This document shows positions 55,354 to 63,577 of a stretch of 64,000 nucleotides of DNA, piece after piece (position 1 is the first letter of the stretch; each line of letters opens with the position of its first letter). Under the pieces are notes generated by a model. It had not been told where the DNA came from. It worked only from the letters and a program-made list of their open reading frames with translations, and made no database searches. Location of the stretch: the IMG/VR virus record IMGVR_UViG_3300001848_000317; one strand, given 5' to 3'. Position numbers and translations under genes: made by a program. This DNA comes from a virus.

Positions 55354-55743
55354 TTAAACCTCCTTGGGCGACAGCCCAAACTCACGGCGGCGTTGTTCCG
55401 CCCACTCTAATCTGCGCTGTGCCGACCGTGCCTTGCGTATCTGCTTGGCCTGCACAAACAACTCTTCCAACCGAGACAGCCACCGTGGGCTGTCGGCAAA
55501 CGCGGTGACCGGTGATCTACCCACAGTTGTCGTGTGGGTATAAGCGAACAGCGGTCGGTCCATCTCGTCAACAACCGAGCACGAACCGTCGATGCAAGTG
55601 TGGTACTCGTCGCCGCACTCATCCTCGAACCGCCACACACACTCGGTGATCTGCTCACCGAACTCCTCGGTGACCAGATGCACCTTGTCCTTCAGCTTCA
55701 GCTCAATGGCCAACGCTTGCCTTCGCTTGACTGCTGATGACAT
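55354..55743 (-). CDS. hypothetical Cys-containing protein (129 aa)
   Basis: ORF with SD AGGAGG. Confidence 0.55.
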   Translation of the reverse strand: MSSAVKRRQALAIELKLKDKVHLVTEEFGEQITECVWRFEDECGDEYHTCIDGSCSVVDEMDRPLFAYTHTTTVGRSPVTAFADSPRWLSRLEELFVQAKQIRKARSAQRRLEWAEQRRREFGLSPKEV

Positions 55744-56275
55744 CGATAGCCTCCTCTACAAACTTAGGTGCCACACTGCCGTTGCTAACGTGCCGAAGCA
55801 CCAGCCACTTGCCGTTCAGATCATCGGCTGACCGACGCAGCTTGGTCATGCGGGAATTGACGATGTCCGCCGCAGCCTTGGCGAACTCTTCCGCCGACAC
55901 ATAGTCGAACAATTCAACCGGCGTCAGGACTTCGAACGACGCCTTGCGCTGGTAGATATGAGCGGTGGATTTGTCCACGATCTCGTCGTAGTGGAATACC
56001 ACCAGTCCACCGACCCGTCCCCTTTCAACGCCGATGCAGTAGCCGCTTCGTCGCATGGCGGGCGTGGGGCCATCATCACTGTCGACCATCACCGTCTCTT
56101 CGAACGATGGTCGGTCAATGATGATCGCCGTCTGCCTGTCGAACGTATCGAAGTCGGGATTACCCGGCTCGATTGTCAGGATGTAGTGCTTGTCCATGCC
56201 ACGGGTGACCGTCTTGATCACGTCCATGGTCTGGAGCACCATGCCCACCTGTAACAGAGTGTCTGTGTTGTCCAT
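55703..56275 (-). CDS. hypothetical protein (190 aa)
   Basis: ORF with SD AGGAGG. It overlaps the next gene by 41 nt. Confidence 0.55.
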   Translation of the reverse strand: MDNTDTLLQVGMVLQTMDVIKTVTRGMDKHYILTIEPGNPDFDTFDRQTAIIIDRPSFEETVMVDSDDGPTPAMRRSGYCIGVERGRVGGLVVFHYDEIVDKSTAHIYQRKASFEVLTPVELFDYVSAEEFAKAAADIVNSRMTKLRRSADDLNGKWLVLRHVSNGSVAPKFVEEAIDVISSQAKASVGH

Positions 56276-56285
56276 GTCTTACCTC

Positions 56286-56993
56286 CTAGTGCTTTCGCAC
56301 ACCGATATGAAAGTGTTTCTTGTCCACGCAGGCACTGCATTGGCTGCAATCCTCGATGCATTGCAGCGTGGCGTTGGGATTATCGATGGCAAACACACCA
56401 TCGAACCGGTCGTACTGATCCGCCCAGATACCCTTGTCGTCCGACAGCAGGACGACGAAGTTATCTGGGCGATGTGAGAAGTCCAACTCGATGGACTTGG
56501 TGTACGCATAGAACTTGATGGTTCGGCCAATCGACCGGCGCATCTTGCGGATACGGTCAGCAACCCGCAACCAGATGTCGAGGTAACGCTGGTTGTAGAA
56601 GTCACCGGCCTCATGCACCCGGATCTTGGTGACCTTGACCTTACGAAACCGCACAACCTGCATGACGAGGTTGAACAACCGCTCCTCAAAGTCATCCTCA
56701 AGGCTGGCATGAAGGTTGCGGGTGCGGCTCTCGATCACACCGGGGTACATACGCTCTGCTTTGAGGGCGTAGCACCAACCGATCTTGCCACCGTTCTGAT
56801 TGAACGTGGCACAACCCTGGAGCTTGGCACCAGGGCAGGTAACGAGCGCCGGGATATTCCAGATCGCCGTCTCGTACGGCAACTTCATGTTGCCGAGTGA
56901 GAAACCGATCTCACCGTCCGTGATCGTGATGGTACGGTGCTTGTTCGGAGAGGTCAGGGGTTTCTTGTAGATGCGTTCAACGGTTGCAGTCAT
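56286..56993 (-). CDS. Cys-rich GP88-like protein (function unknown)
   Basis: LVTCPGAKLQGC...WCYALKAERMY and IRVHEAGDFYNQRYL resemble the tCpGat..C..CYA / vRiH.sGDF pattern of the phage GP88 family. There is a C-terminal CIEDCSQCSAC cluster. Confidence 0.4.
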   Translation of the reverse strand: MTATVERIYKKPLTSPNKHRTITITDGEIGFSLGNMKLPYETAIWNIPALVTCPGAKLQGCATFNQNGGKIGWCYALKAERMYPGVIESRTRNLHASLEDDFEERLFNLVMQVVRFRKVKVTKIRVHEAGDFYNQRYLDIWLRVADRIRKMRRSIGRTIKFYAYTKSIELDFSHRPDNFVVLLSDDKGIWADQYDRFDGVFAIDNPNATLQCIEDCSQCSACVDKKHFHIGVRKH

Positions 56994-57030
56994 ATACTCC
57001 TCCGACTGTGTCTAACAGTCCACTGACTTA

Positions 57031-57061
57031 GGGTGCGGGCCGCTCATAACGACCCGCACCC
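57031..57061 (-). terminator. Intergenic hairpin (9-bp stem)
   Basis: gggtgcggg (57031-57039) pairs with cccgcaccc (57053-57061), 6 nt after the stop at 57067. No U-tract. Confidence 0.4.
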
Positions 57062-57066
57062 ATATG

Positions 57067-57258
57067 CTACTTGCGCTTCTTGTACGATGGCAAGCGGTAG
57101 CACCGCTCCAAATGCTCGCGGTCCTCATCCACCGTGTCACATAGGACAGCGGGCATGGGACTTAGCTTGCTTGGAGCGGTGACCCAGCCGACATCGCAGT
57201 GTTTACAGTAGAACACTGCGAGTTCGACACAGGTTGCGCCACATCGTGGGCAGTTCAT
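57067..57258 (-). CDS. small zinc-ribbon protein (63 aa)
   Basis: Trimmed to the ATG at 57256-57258 (AAAGGAG upstream). It contains CPRCG...CKHC. Confidence 0.55.
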   Translation of the reverse strand: MNCPRCGATCVELAVFYCKHCDVGWVTAPSKLSPMPAVLCDTVDEDREHLERCYRLPSYKKRK

Positions 57259-57464
57259 AAGTCTCCTTTCAATGACCGATCCGTCCAGTCCGTCTGGACC
57301 CAATTATTCTCAGGCTCGTACTGTTCAATCACAGCCGTCACCGTGAACCCGTGGTCGCTCAAGTTGCACGCCTCAAGCGCCGCCTCAAGCATGTCGTCGA
57401 TACCCGTCTGGTCATCAGCGGCCAGCACCTCGACCATGAACACCTGTTTAACGAGCGTTGGCAT
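57255..57464 (-). CDS. hypothetical acidic protein (69 aa)
   Basis: Trimmed to the ATG at 57462-57464 (GAGGAGG upstream). Confidence 0.5.
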   Translation of the reverse strand: MPTLVKQVFMVEVLAADDQTGIDDMLEAALEACNLSDHGFTVTAVIEQYEPENNWVQTDWTDRSLKGDL

Positions 57465-57624
57465 TGCGTACCTCCTCAAACAACCGAGAAAACGTCTCAA
57501 TAATCTCTTTCGCTACGGTGTCGATGTCATCATCGCTGAAGCCGATAGGCTCGTTGTTATCGTAGAAGTCCTGCTTAGCAGCAATAATGTGGTACACCAG
57601 CTTTTCTAACCGAGTTAGACGCAT
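57448..57624 (-). CDS. hypothetical protein (58 aa)
   Basis: Trimmed to the ATG at 57622-57624 (GAGGAGG upstream). The longer W/C-rich N-terminal extension was rejected. Confidence 0.45.
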   Translation of the reverse strand: MRLTRLEKLVYHIIAAKQDFYDNNEPIGFSDDDIDTVAKEIIETFSRLFEEVRNANAR

Positions 57625-57634
57625 GCTGTCCTCC

Positions 57635-57841
57635 TCACCACCGTAGATCACGGGGCATACTTTCATAGATACGGTCGCACTCACCTTCCATAACCATGGC
57701 AAGTGGGATCTGTCCTTCCAACCGGGCACGCACCGCCAACAGTTTCCTGCTGGCATACACCCGGTATGCGTCCGGTTGATCAGGGTCAACCGTCACCGAT
57801 TGCAACTCCGTCTGGTCCATACAATCAAGGTTCTTCTTCAT
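57635..57841 (-). CDS. hypothetical protein (68 aa)
   Basis: ORF with SD AAGGAGG. Confidence 0.5.
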   Translation of the reverse strand: MKKNLDCMDQTELQSVTVDPDQPDAYRVYASRKLLAVRARLEGQIPLAMVMEGECDRIYESMPRDLRW

Positions 57842-57852
57842 CGTCGTCCTCC

Positions 57853-58242
57853 TTAGATCGGGCAGTTACCCTGCCAGAACTCACGAACATCGTCCTCGGT
57901 TTCGTCCTCTTCCAAGTCACCGTACTCAACGAACTTGGCCTCACCGGTTTCGATCAGCCGCTCAATGTCACGGGCGTTGTAATAGTCACCGTCGCCCGTG
58001 TACCCGCACAGGTCACTGTGAATACTGTCCTGCTCGTACTCGTCAACACCGTCAACGAAGTCGATGTTGATGTACAGCGGTGTCAGGAAGTACATCTTCT
58101 CCTGCGAGCAGATGTAAGTGACGAGATTACGGTCGAACATGTAGACCGTATATAACCGAGCGACCTGCGGCACGTTGTTCAGGTACTCCGTCTCGTCCAG
58201 CTCGATGGCCGTCCACTTCTGCTTGATCAGTTCTTTATTCAT
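57853..58242 (-). CDS. hypothetical acidic protein (129 aa)
   Basis: The ATG is at 58240-58242 (MNKELIK...), with GAGAGGTGAG upstream. Confidence 0.5.
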   Translation of the reverse strand: MNKELIKQKWTAIELDETEYLNNVPQVARLYTVYMFDRNLVTYICSQEKMYFLTPLYINIDFVDGVDEYEQDSIHSDLCGYTGDGDYYNARDIERLIETGEAKFVEYGDLEEDETEDDVREFWQGNCPI

Positions 58243-58510
58243 ACGTCTCACCTCTCACGTTTAACTCGTCGATCACATCTTGCAGCTCCCGCCGCAGAAA
58301 CAAATCGACCGACGTGTCATCGATCACGTCGGTCAGAAACCGCTTAGCATCTGGGTATAGGTCAATGAGTGGTTCTGTTTCCTCCTCCTTCACGATGGTG
58401 AAGAACTCTTTGGCTATAGCCTTGCACCGGGACAAGTCCCATGTGCTGTACTTGTTCGCCGCATACTCCAGTAACAGAGCAAGCTGGTGCTCCTGTTGTG
58501 ATCGCAGCAT
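58235..58510 (-). CDS. hypothetical protein (91 aa)
   Basis: ORF with SD GGAGGAG. Confidence 0.5.
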   Translation of the reverse strand: MLRSQQEHQLALLLEYAANKYSTWDLSRCKAIAKEFFTIVKEEETEPLIDLYPDAKRFLTDVIDDTSVDLFLRRELQDVIDELNVRGETYE

Positions 58511-58538
58511 GTGTCACTCCTCCATATAACTGCGGTAA

Positions 58539-58721
58539 TTACGACTTTGCGTTGACGAACTCGACGGCCATACGGGCCGCAGCATCGTCGGTGAGCCGGT
58601 GGAATTGGCGGCAGTTGTCGCACGCCTCAATGGCGTTGATGCCATCGTCCCGCTCGCTGATGATCCAGCACCGACCCCGACACACGGGGCAGGCATCGGA
58701 ACTCGTCAATTTGTTGGGCAT
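58539..58721 (-). CDS. small Cys4 zinc-binding protein (60 aa)
   Basis: It contains CPVCRGRC...CDNC, with SD AAAGGAGGG. Confidence 0.5.
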   Translation of the reverse strand: MPNKLTSSDACPVCRGRCWIISERDDGINAIEACDNCRQFHRLTDDAAARMAVEFVNAKS

Positions 58722-58751
58722 ATTGCCCTCCTTTCTGTATAATGGTTGTTA

Positions 58752-58931
58752 TTACGTGGTAGGGGCCAAGCCGCCTGGTGTGATGGTCCAGCTTTCGATC
58801 TCGTCGTCCACGTCGGTGAACCCCTCGCCCATGACACGGGTTTCGATGGCGTAACAGAGTGCCGCTACTACCCGGTTAAGCGTTTCCTGGTTCTCCGTTT
58901 TGACTTCGATTAGCACGGTTCCTTTGAGCAT
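58752..58931 (-). CDS. hypothetical protein (59 aa, below ORF-track cutoff)
   Basis: The ATG at 58929-58931 has GGAGGAG upstream, and the TAA is at 58752-58754. The hand-translated peptide is MLKGTVLIEVKTENQETLNRVVAALCYAIETRVMGEGFTDVDDEIESWTITPGGLAPTT. Confidence 0.45.
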   Translation of the reverse strand: MLKGTVLIEVKTENQETLNRVVAALCYAIETRVMGEGFTDVDDEIESWTITPGGLAPTT

Positions 58932-58955
58932 CTGCTCCTCCTATCGTGATAACGG

Positions 58956-59165
58956 CTATTTGTCCGATGGGTACAGCACATCCAGCGGGTCAGCCGGTGC
59001 GGTATAGAAGTACCCATCGTCACCCGACCGGATCGCCGGTCGAGCGGGGAACACGGACTTGATTGAACCGTCGGCAAGCACCGTCTCCCCGATCTTCCGG
59101 GGCCAACCGTCACGGTCCTTACCTACCTTGGCGTACACCTTCTCAAGCTGCTCCTCTGTTGCCAT
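58956..59165 (-). CDS. hypothetical protein (69 aa)
   Basis: Trimmed to the ATG at 59163-59165 (GAGGAG upstream). Confidence 0.5.
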   Translation of the reverse strand: MATEEQLEKVYAKVGKDRDGWPRKIGETVLADGSIKSVFPARPAIRSGDDGYFYTAPADPLDVLYPSDK

Positions 59166-59331
59166 CCGTAATCTCCTCTGCTTCGATGCCGAACTCTCGG
59201 CCATCTAATTTGTCCACGCACTCACCTTCGCCTTGACGAGCGAGTTCGATTGCATCATCCTCGCCGTCAGCATCTTCGACAAGATAAACATCGGTGCGCT
59301 CATAGGTGTGATACACATAGTAGCTAGGCAT
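59143..59331 (-). CDS. hypothetical acidic protein (62 aa)
   Basis: Trimmed to the ATG at 59329-59331 (GAGGATGA upstream). Confidence 0.45.
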   Translation of the reverse strand: MPSYYVYHTYERTDVYLVEDADGEDDAIELARQGEGECVDKLDGREFGIEAEEITDGNRGAA

Positions 59332-59557
59332 TGTCGTCATCCTCACTCTCTTCAATGAGACTGGTATCACCATGCACGCTGAGGATTACAAGCTGCTCAA
59401 GCCGATCAACATCGACAATCTCGTAACTGATGTCCATCAGCAGCTTAGTGTCGGTGGCCAGCACCGATAAGAGATCCAGAAACTCTTCGTGGCTGTTGTT
59501 AACCATTTCTTCTAAGGACACCTTGACCTCGTATATCTGATAGTTAGCGTTAACCAT
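59324..59557 (-). CDS. hypothetical acidic protein (77 aa)
   Basis: Trimmed to the ATG at 59555-59557 (AAGGAGG upstream). Confidence 0.5.
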   Translation of the reverse strand: MVNANYQIYEVKVSLEEMVNNSHEEFLDLLSVLATDTKLLMDISYEIVDVDRLEQLVILSVHGDTSLIEESEDDDNA

Positions 59558-59909
59558 TGGTAACCTCCTTGGTATTGTCAATGAACCGTAGCTTGAACAA
59601 CTCTTCGATCGCGTCGATGTCGATCTGATCGACGCTCTGCGACTCACCGTCGAAGTTAGTCGACGTGATGAAGCAGTTGCCCACGATCACGTCGTAACCG
59701 ACGTTGATGTTGGGCTCGAGCCCGATGAGCTTACCGTTCTCATTGAGAACGTAGCTCAGACCGGGGATGTAGTTGAACCGGTCATCCGCTACGGCGGCGT
59801 ACTCGATAGGTCCGTCGACGAACTGCTGCATCGACTCCAGATCGGAGCCGATGTACTCGATGGTCGGTGCCATACCAACCCGAAATGCCATGATCTTGAT
59901 CTTGTTCAT
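59550..59909 (-). CDS. DUF3846-like protein
   Basis: LESMQQFVDGPIEY...YVLNENGKLIGLEPNINV...IVGNCFITSTNFDGE resembles the DUF3846 pattern (l..lq..vgG.ie.v...nEeG.l.gLp.N...i.G..vi...d.eG). Confidence 0.45.
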   Translation of the reverse strand: MNKIKIMAFRVGMAPTIEYIGSDLESMQQFVDGPIEYAAVADDRFNYIPGLSYVLNENGKLIGLEPNINVGYDVIVGNCFITSTNFDGESQSVDQIDIDAIEELFKLRFIDNTKEVTNG

Positions 59910-59912
59910 GTA

Positions 59913-60131
59913 TCACCTCACGTCTTGAAATAAACCGGCGGTGCCGTTGCAGGTATCGCACCCACTGCATCCCGCATATCTGGGGCACGCCGACATCATG
60001 TCGGCGTAATACTCTTGTTCGCAGTCCTCGCACGCACCTTCTTCCCCGTTATTCTCGCAGTCTGTGCAACCGTCGGTCTTAGGTACAACCGTCGGTTCGT
60101 AATCCGGTTCGTAATCATCCGGGTCTGCCAT
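59913..60131 (-). CDS. Cys-rich, highly acidic small protein (72 aa)
   Basis: It has 8 Cys (CTDCEN...CEDCE...CPRYAGCSGCDTC), with SD AAGGAGG. Confidence 0.5.
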   Translation of the reverse strand: MADPDDYEPDYEPTVVPKTDGCTDCENNGEEGACEDCEQEYYADMMSACPRYAGCSGCDTCNGTAGLFQDVR

Positions 60132-60142
60132 GATCCACCTCC

Positions 60143-60763
60143 TTACAGGGCAACCGTATCAACGACGTCGACCCAATTCTTACCGACTTTGACCGCTTGG
60201 ACTTTGTCCCGAACGGTGACAGACCAGCCACGCCGACCGTTCTTGACTTTGACAATCCAGAACTGGTGCGTGTGAGGGACCGAGCGGATGAACCCCTCGT
60301 TATAGAAGCCGATACGCACCCGCAGACCGGACTTCCATGCAGCGATGATGGACGGGTCGTATTCCTGCATCCACTCCTGCTCGGTGCGATCCTTGCGCTG
60401 AGCGTGGTATTCCCTACATTTTTCACGCCACCGTCGAGCGTATTCATTGACATGCTCACCGTCTGTGAGCAAATCAAGGATTTGCTCAGGGCAACGGTTA
60501 TTGCAAGGACCACAGGACTCGTCCATGTCCTTGTATCCCATCTCCATAACGCCGTCCGACTTGGCGAACTTGACCATGAACACAGCGGCGAACACATACC
60601 GCTCGCCGTCTGGCCTTGTCAGCTCAACCGCTGCATAGTATTCCGACATTGAAACAAGTGCTGACTTGAGCACACGACCCTTACTTTCGGGTCGATCCCA
60701 TGTACACGCTTGATCCAACCGCGCCTTGACGTTATCTGGTTTCGCAAACCACAACCAACCCAT
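60143..60763 (-). CDS. hypothetical protein (206 aa)
   Basis: ORF with SD AAGGAGG. Confidence 0.55.
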   Translation of the reverse strand: MGWLWFAKPDNVKARLDQACTWDRPESKGRVLKSALVSMSEYYAAVELTRPDGERYVFAAVFMVKFAKSDGVMEMGYKDMDESCGPCNNRCPEQILDLLTDGEHVNEYARRWREKCREYHAQRKDRTEQEWMQEYDPSIIAAWKSGLRVRIGFYNEGFIRSVPHTHQFWIVKVKNGRRGWSVTVRDKVQAVKVGKNWVDVVDTVAL

Positions 60764-60774
60764 GATGTGCCTCC

Positions 60775-61035
60775 TTACACGCTATAGCCCAACGCTTTGT
60801 CGTATGCCATTGCTTCGTAATCGGACTGGACCATCTTGGTCCAATCTTCCTTCGTGGTCGTTTCGTATTTAACGAACTCCTCGAACCGTTCGACACGGTA
60901 AAGCTGACCGTCCATCTCTACCAGCCAGTATTTGTCTCCGTATAAATAGTGCTCTGCGACGAACTCACCCTCAGCAATGAGGATGTACAACCGCATAGCT
61001 GTGCGCTCATCAGCGCAGTCCGTGAAGTTCACCAT
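60775..61035 (-). CDS. hypothetical protein (86 aa)
   Basis: An SD-led ORF, with a hairpin abutting the SD. Confidence 0.55.
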   Translation of the reverse strand: MVNFTDCADERTAMRLYILIAEGEFVAEHYLYGDKYWLVEMDGQLYRVERFEEFVKYETTTKEDWTKMVQSDYEAMAYDKALGYSV

Positions 61036-61046
61036 GTGTCACCTCC

Positions 61047-61062
61047 TGCCGTGTTAACGGCA
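61047..61062 (-). promoter_or_regulatory. 5' hairpin abutting SD (cassette 1)
   Basis: The minus-strand RNA reads UGCCGU-UAAC-ACGGCA, immediately followed by GGAGG (RC of 61042-61046) and the ATG at 61035. Confidence 0.5.
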
Positions 61063-61096
61063 CAGTAATAACCGAGAGCATTAGCCCTCTGTCCAA

Positions 61097-61113
61097 CCCA
61101 CCGCACGGGTGGG
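61097..61113 (-). terminator. CCCACC/GGTGGG hairpin after the 61126 gene
   Basis: cccacc (61097-61102) pairs with ggtggg (61108-61113). Confidence 0.5.
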
Positions 61114-61125
61114 CTGGCCGGAACG

Positions 61126-61632
61126 CTACATCTCGCTGCAACCTTCGATGTCTGTCTCGTAGTGCTCAGTACCTTCGTCGCTGATGTCGGCTATCTCACC
61201 GTCCTCGATACCGATGTTGCTGTAACTGACCGATTCGTCGGCGCTGATATTATCGAGCTGATCCTTGATGGATTCCGCGACGTCATCCTCCTGACCCGGC
61301 TTGCATGTGAACTCAACCGTCACCCGGCGGGTGTATGTCACGGTGAACTCTGCCGTGTACGCCTTGGTCGCATGGTTACTGAACCACCAGTCCACTGCAT
61401 GGGTGGCAATGGCTTTGCTGATCTCGTAATCGTCAGCATCCAACTCGTCGGCGTGCTCCACCACCCGCTCCAGTTCACGCCAGCGCAGACGCAAACCGAG
61501 CATACCCTCTTCGATCACCTTGTCGATGAGGTCGATGTCGCTGGGCGTCAGGTCATCGAGGTCGTTCGACCCCGTGTACAGCCGCTTGATTGCGACGAGG
61601 GCGGCGGCTGTGTCCTTGGTGGTGTCGTTCAT
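61126..61632 (-). CDS. hypothetical acidic protein (168 aa)
   Basis: Trimmed to the ATG at 61630-61632 (AAGGAG upstream). An in-frame upstream ATG at 61708-61710 also has a perfect SD (see findings). Confidence 0.5.
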   Translation of the reverse strand: MNDTTKDTAAALVAIKRLYTGSNDLDDLTPSDIDLIDKVIEEGMLGLRLRWRELERVVEHADELDADDYEISKAIATHAVDWWFSNHATKAYTAEFTVTYTRRVTVEFTCKPGQEDDVAESIKDQLDNISADESVSYSNIGIEDGEIADISDEGTEHYETDIEGCSEM

Positions 61633-61645
61633 GGTGTTCTCCTTC

Positions 61646-61660
61646 GCCGGTGCTACCGGC
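61646..61660 (-). promoter_or_regulatory. 5' hairpin abutting SD (cassette 2)
   Basis: gccggt-gct-accggc is followed 1 nt later (on the minus strand) by AAGGAG (RC of 61639-61644). Confidence 0.4.
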
Positions 61661-61732
61661 ACAATAAGAATGTCTGTACTAACGCACGCTGTGCATGCAC
61701 ATTGTGGCATACTTCCTCCTTGACAACGGCCA

Positions 61733-61762
61733 ATCAAAACGGGTACGCTTGATAGCGTACCC
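61733..61762 (-). terminator. Rho-independent terminator after the 61777 gene
   Basis: gggtacgct (61741-61749) pairs with agcgtaccc (61754-61762). The minus strand continues GTTTTGATT. Confidence 0.7.
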
Positions 61763-61776
61763 GCAACTGCTTGCCT

Positions 61777-62226
61777 TTAGAACGACTGGACTTCACCGAC
61801 GCTGTCGGTATCGACCCCACTAAAGAAGCTCTTCAACCGAGCAACCGTAACCGGATCGAACGTCACCGACTTACCTGCGATCTCACCGGTAACAGTCCAG
61901 ATCCAAGCGTAGTCCACCGTGCTATAGGCGTACCCGTCTGTGCGGCTTACCGGCTCAACCGGGACAGCCATCAGCTTAATCCCAGCCGTCTCGATCACCC
62001 TGACCGGCTCAACCTTGACAGGCAGGATGCTGGACGGCTCACCGTTGGTGAACATGACCTCGTGATACTTACCGTTGCTGTCGGTGACGACCGCAACGGC
62101 GCTGTTGTGATAGTCACCGTCCTTGTAATAACGAACGGTCGACCGTGCGAATATGGTGTACTCCACGCCGTCGAACGTGACGACGTTAGCCTTGACCGTC
62201 TTGCCATTGATCTTCGTAACTCCCAT
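61777..62226 (-). CDS. hypothetical protein (149 aa)
   Basis: An SD-led ORF with a hairpin abutting the SD. Confidence 0.55.
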   Translation of the reverse strand: MGVTKINGKTVKANVVTFDGVEYTIFARSTVRYYKDGDYHNSAVAVVTDSNGKYHEVMFTNGEPSSILPVKVEPVRVIETAGIKLMAVPVEPVSRTDGYAYSTVDYAWIWTVTGEIAGKSVTFDPVTVARLKSFFSGVDTDSVGEVQSF

Positions 62227-62239
62227 GATGTTTGCCTCC

Positions 62240-62257
62240 TGCCGGTATCAACCGGCA
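62240..62257 (-). promoter_or_regulatory. 5' hairpin abutting SD (cassette 3)
   Basis: tgccggt-atca-accggca (7-bp stem). The SD AGGAGG (RC of 62235-62240) starts at the base of the stem. Confidence 0.5.
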
Positions 62258-62292
62258 ACTTGCATATGCAGGGCACGGTTGCCCATGACAAC

Positions 62293-62315
62293 GGCCCACC
62301 TTTGAGGGGTGGGCC
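62293..62315 (-). terminator. CCCACC/GGTGGG hairpin after the DUF932 gene
   Basis: ggcccacc (62293-62300) pairs with ggtgggcc (62308-62315). Confidence 0.6.
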
Positions 62316-62339
62316 GCTGGCTGGATGACCGTTAGTTAG

Positions 62340-63473
62340 TTAGACCGTCAGGATTTTCTTGGCCAGTGCAAGCGCCTGGTCTTTCTTATCCTGAGAGTAG
62401 CCGTTGATGTTGGATGCCAGCCGCGCATCGAACACAGCTTCCGGCGTTTTGTCACCACGGATCGTCGGCACATGCTCGTGGTCGAGGTAATAGGTGATGG
62501 CGTTGACCGCCGACCACAAGGTGCCGGCGCTCATGTCGGCACCGGGCTGCGTTTCGAGCAGCGTATCGAGGCGCTCGCTTGCCTCGCTGCGACCGTCACC
62601 ATACTTTTCCATAGCCATGCGGAACAACTCCTGTTCCTCACGGAACCGGAGTTGCAACTTGAAGTCTGTGCTGTCGTCACCGGTCATGGCCGGGGCAGTC
62701 GGCTCGACAGGGCGTCCACGCTTGGGGAACACCTCATCGAAGATGTACTGCATCTGGCGCTGATTCAGTTCCTTGCTGGCCATGGCATTGCAGAACTCGC
62801 GGAACTCTGCTGCCTCCTTCTGAATGAGTCCCAGCTCCTGCATGATGCCAGCCGTGGCGACGTGGATACCTTTGGTGTGGCGCAGCTTGATAACTTTGGT
62901 GGCCTGCGCCTTACCGAAGTTGATCGTGTTAGCGCATACCGCACGGATGGCGGTGATGAAAGCCCACAACGCTGTACCGTCGTGGCCGGAATGGATGGTC
63001 AGCACCAGAATCATACCGTCGTCGGTCTTGCCGATGACAAAGCTCTCACCGATCTGCAAGGACGCACCGAACTGTGCGCCCGACTTCATGATGAACGCCG
63101 TGTCGATGATGCGCTCCTTGCCGACGATGGCGCGCAGGGCGTCGGCAAAGTTCAACACGGTATAGCTCGCCGGCTGTACCCCGACGCACACCGGCTTCAT
63201 CCAACCGGACTTAGTGTGATGCTTCTGCATCAGGGACTTGTAACCGGTGTCGACGTAGATCTTCTCGCCGTCAGGCCCGGTCGAGGCAACACGCACCGGG
63301 ATCTCAACGGTGGGCGCGAAGATCGTGGGGCACGACTCGATCAGCTCATCCGGGGTGGCCAGCTCGGGCCGGGGGACGAAACCGCCGTGCCAAGTGTCCC
63401 CGAAAAGGGAGCAGAAAGTGCCGTGTGCGGTAACAAGATCGACCTTTTCCAGGTTGTCGATGAGATGTGCCAT
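62340..63473 (-). CDS. DUF932 family (phage/plasmid-like) protein
   Basis: Trimmed to the ATG at 63471-63473 (AGGAGG upstream). LVLTIHSGHDGTALWAFITAIRAVCANTINFG matches the n-S-H-D-G-s ... R-v-V-C-x-N-T core of DUF932/TIGR03299. Confidence 0.65.
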   Translation of the reverse strand: MAHLIDNLEKVDLVTAHGTFCSLFGDTWHGGFVPRPELATPDELIESCPTIFAPTVEIPVRVASTGPDGEKIYVDTGYKSLMQKHHTKSGWMKPVCVGVQPASYTVLNFADALRAIVGKERIIDTAFIMKSGAQFGASLQIGESFVIGKTDDGMILVLTIHSGHDGTALWAFITAIRAVCANTINFGKAQATKVIKLRHTKGIHVATAGIMQELGLIQKEAAEFREFCNAMASKELNQRQMQYIFDEVFPKRGRPVEPTAPAMTGDDSTDFKLQLRFREEQELFRMAMEKYGDGRSEASERLDTLLETQPGADMSAGTLWSAVNAITYYLDHEHVPTIRGDKTPEAVFDARLASNINGYSQDKKDQALALAKKILTV

Positions 63474-63494
63474 GTCTGGCGTCCTCCTACTATC

Positions 63495-63512
63495 CCCGGC
63501 ATACATACCGGG
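63495..63512 (-). promoter_or_regulatory. 5' hairpin near SD (cassette 4, weaker)
   Basis: cccgg-catacata-ccggg (5-bp stem), 6 nt from AGGAGG (RC of 63483-63488). Confidence 0.3.
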
Positions 63513-63544
63513 TCAGCTATACGTCAGGCTGGTGAGCCTGCAAC

Positions 63545-63569
63545 GCCCCACCTCTGTCACAGGTGGGGC
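63545..63569 (-). terminator. CCCACC/GGTGGG hairpin after the 63578 gene
   Basis: gccccacct (63545-63553) pairs with aggtggggc (63561-63569), a 9-bp stem. Confidence 0.6.
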
Positions 63570-63577
63570 GGTACGGA

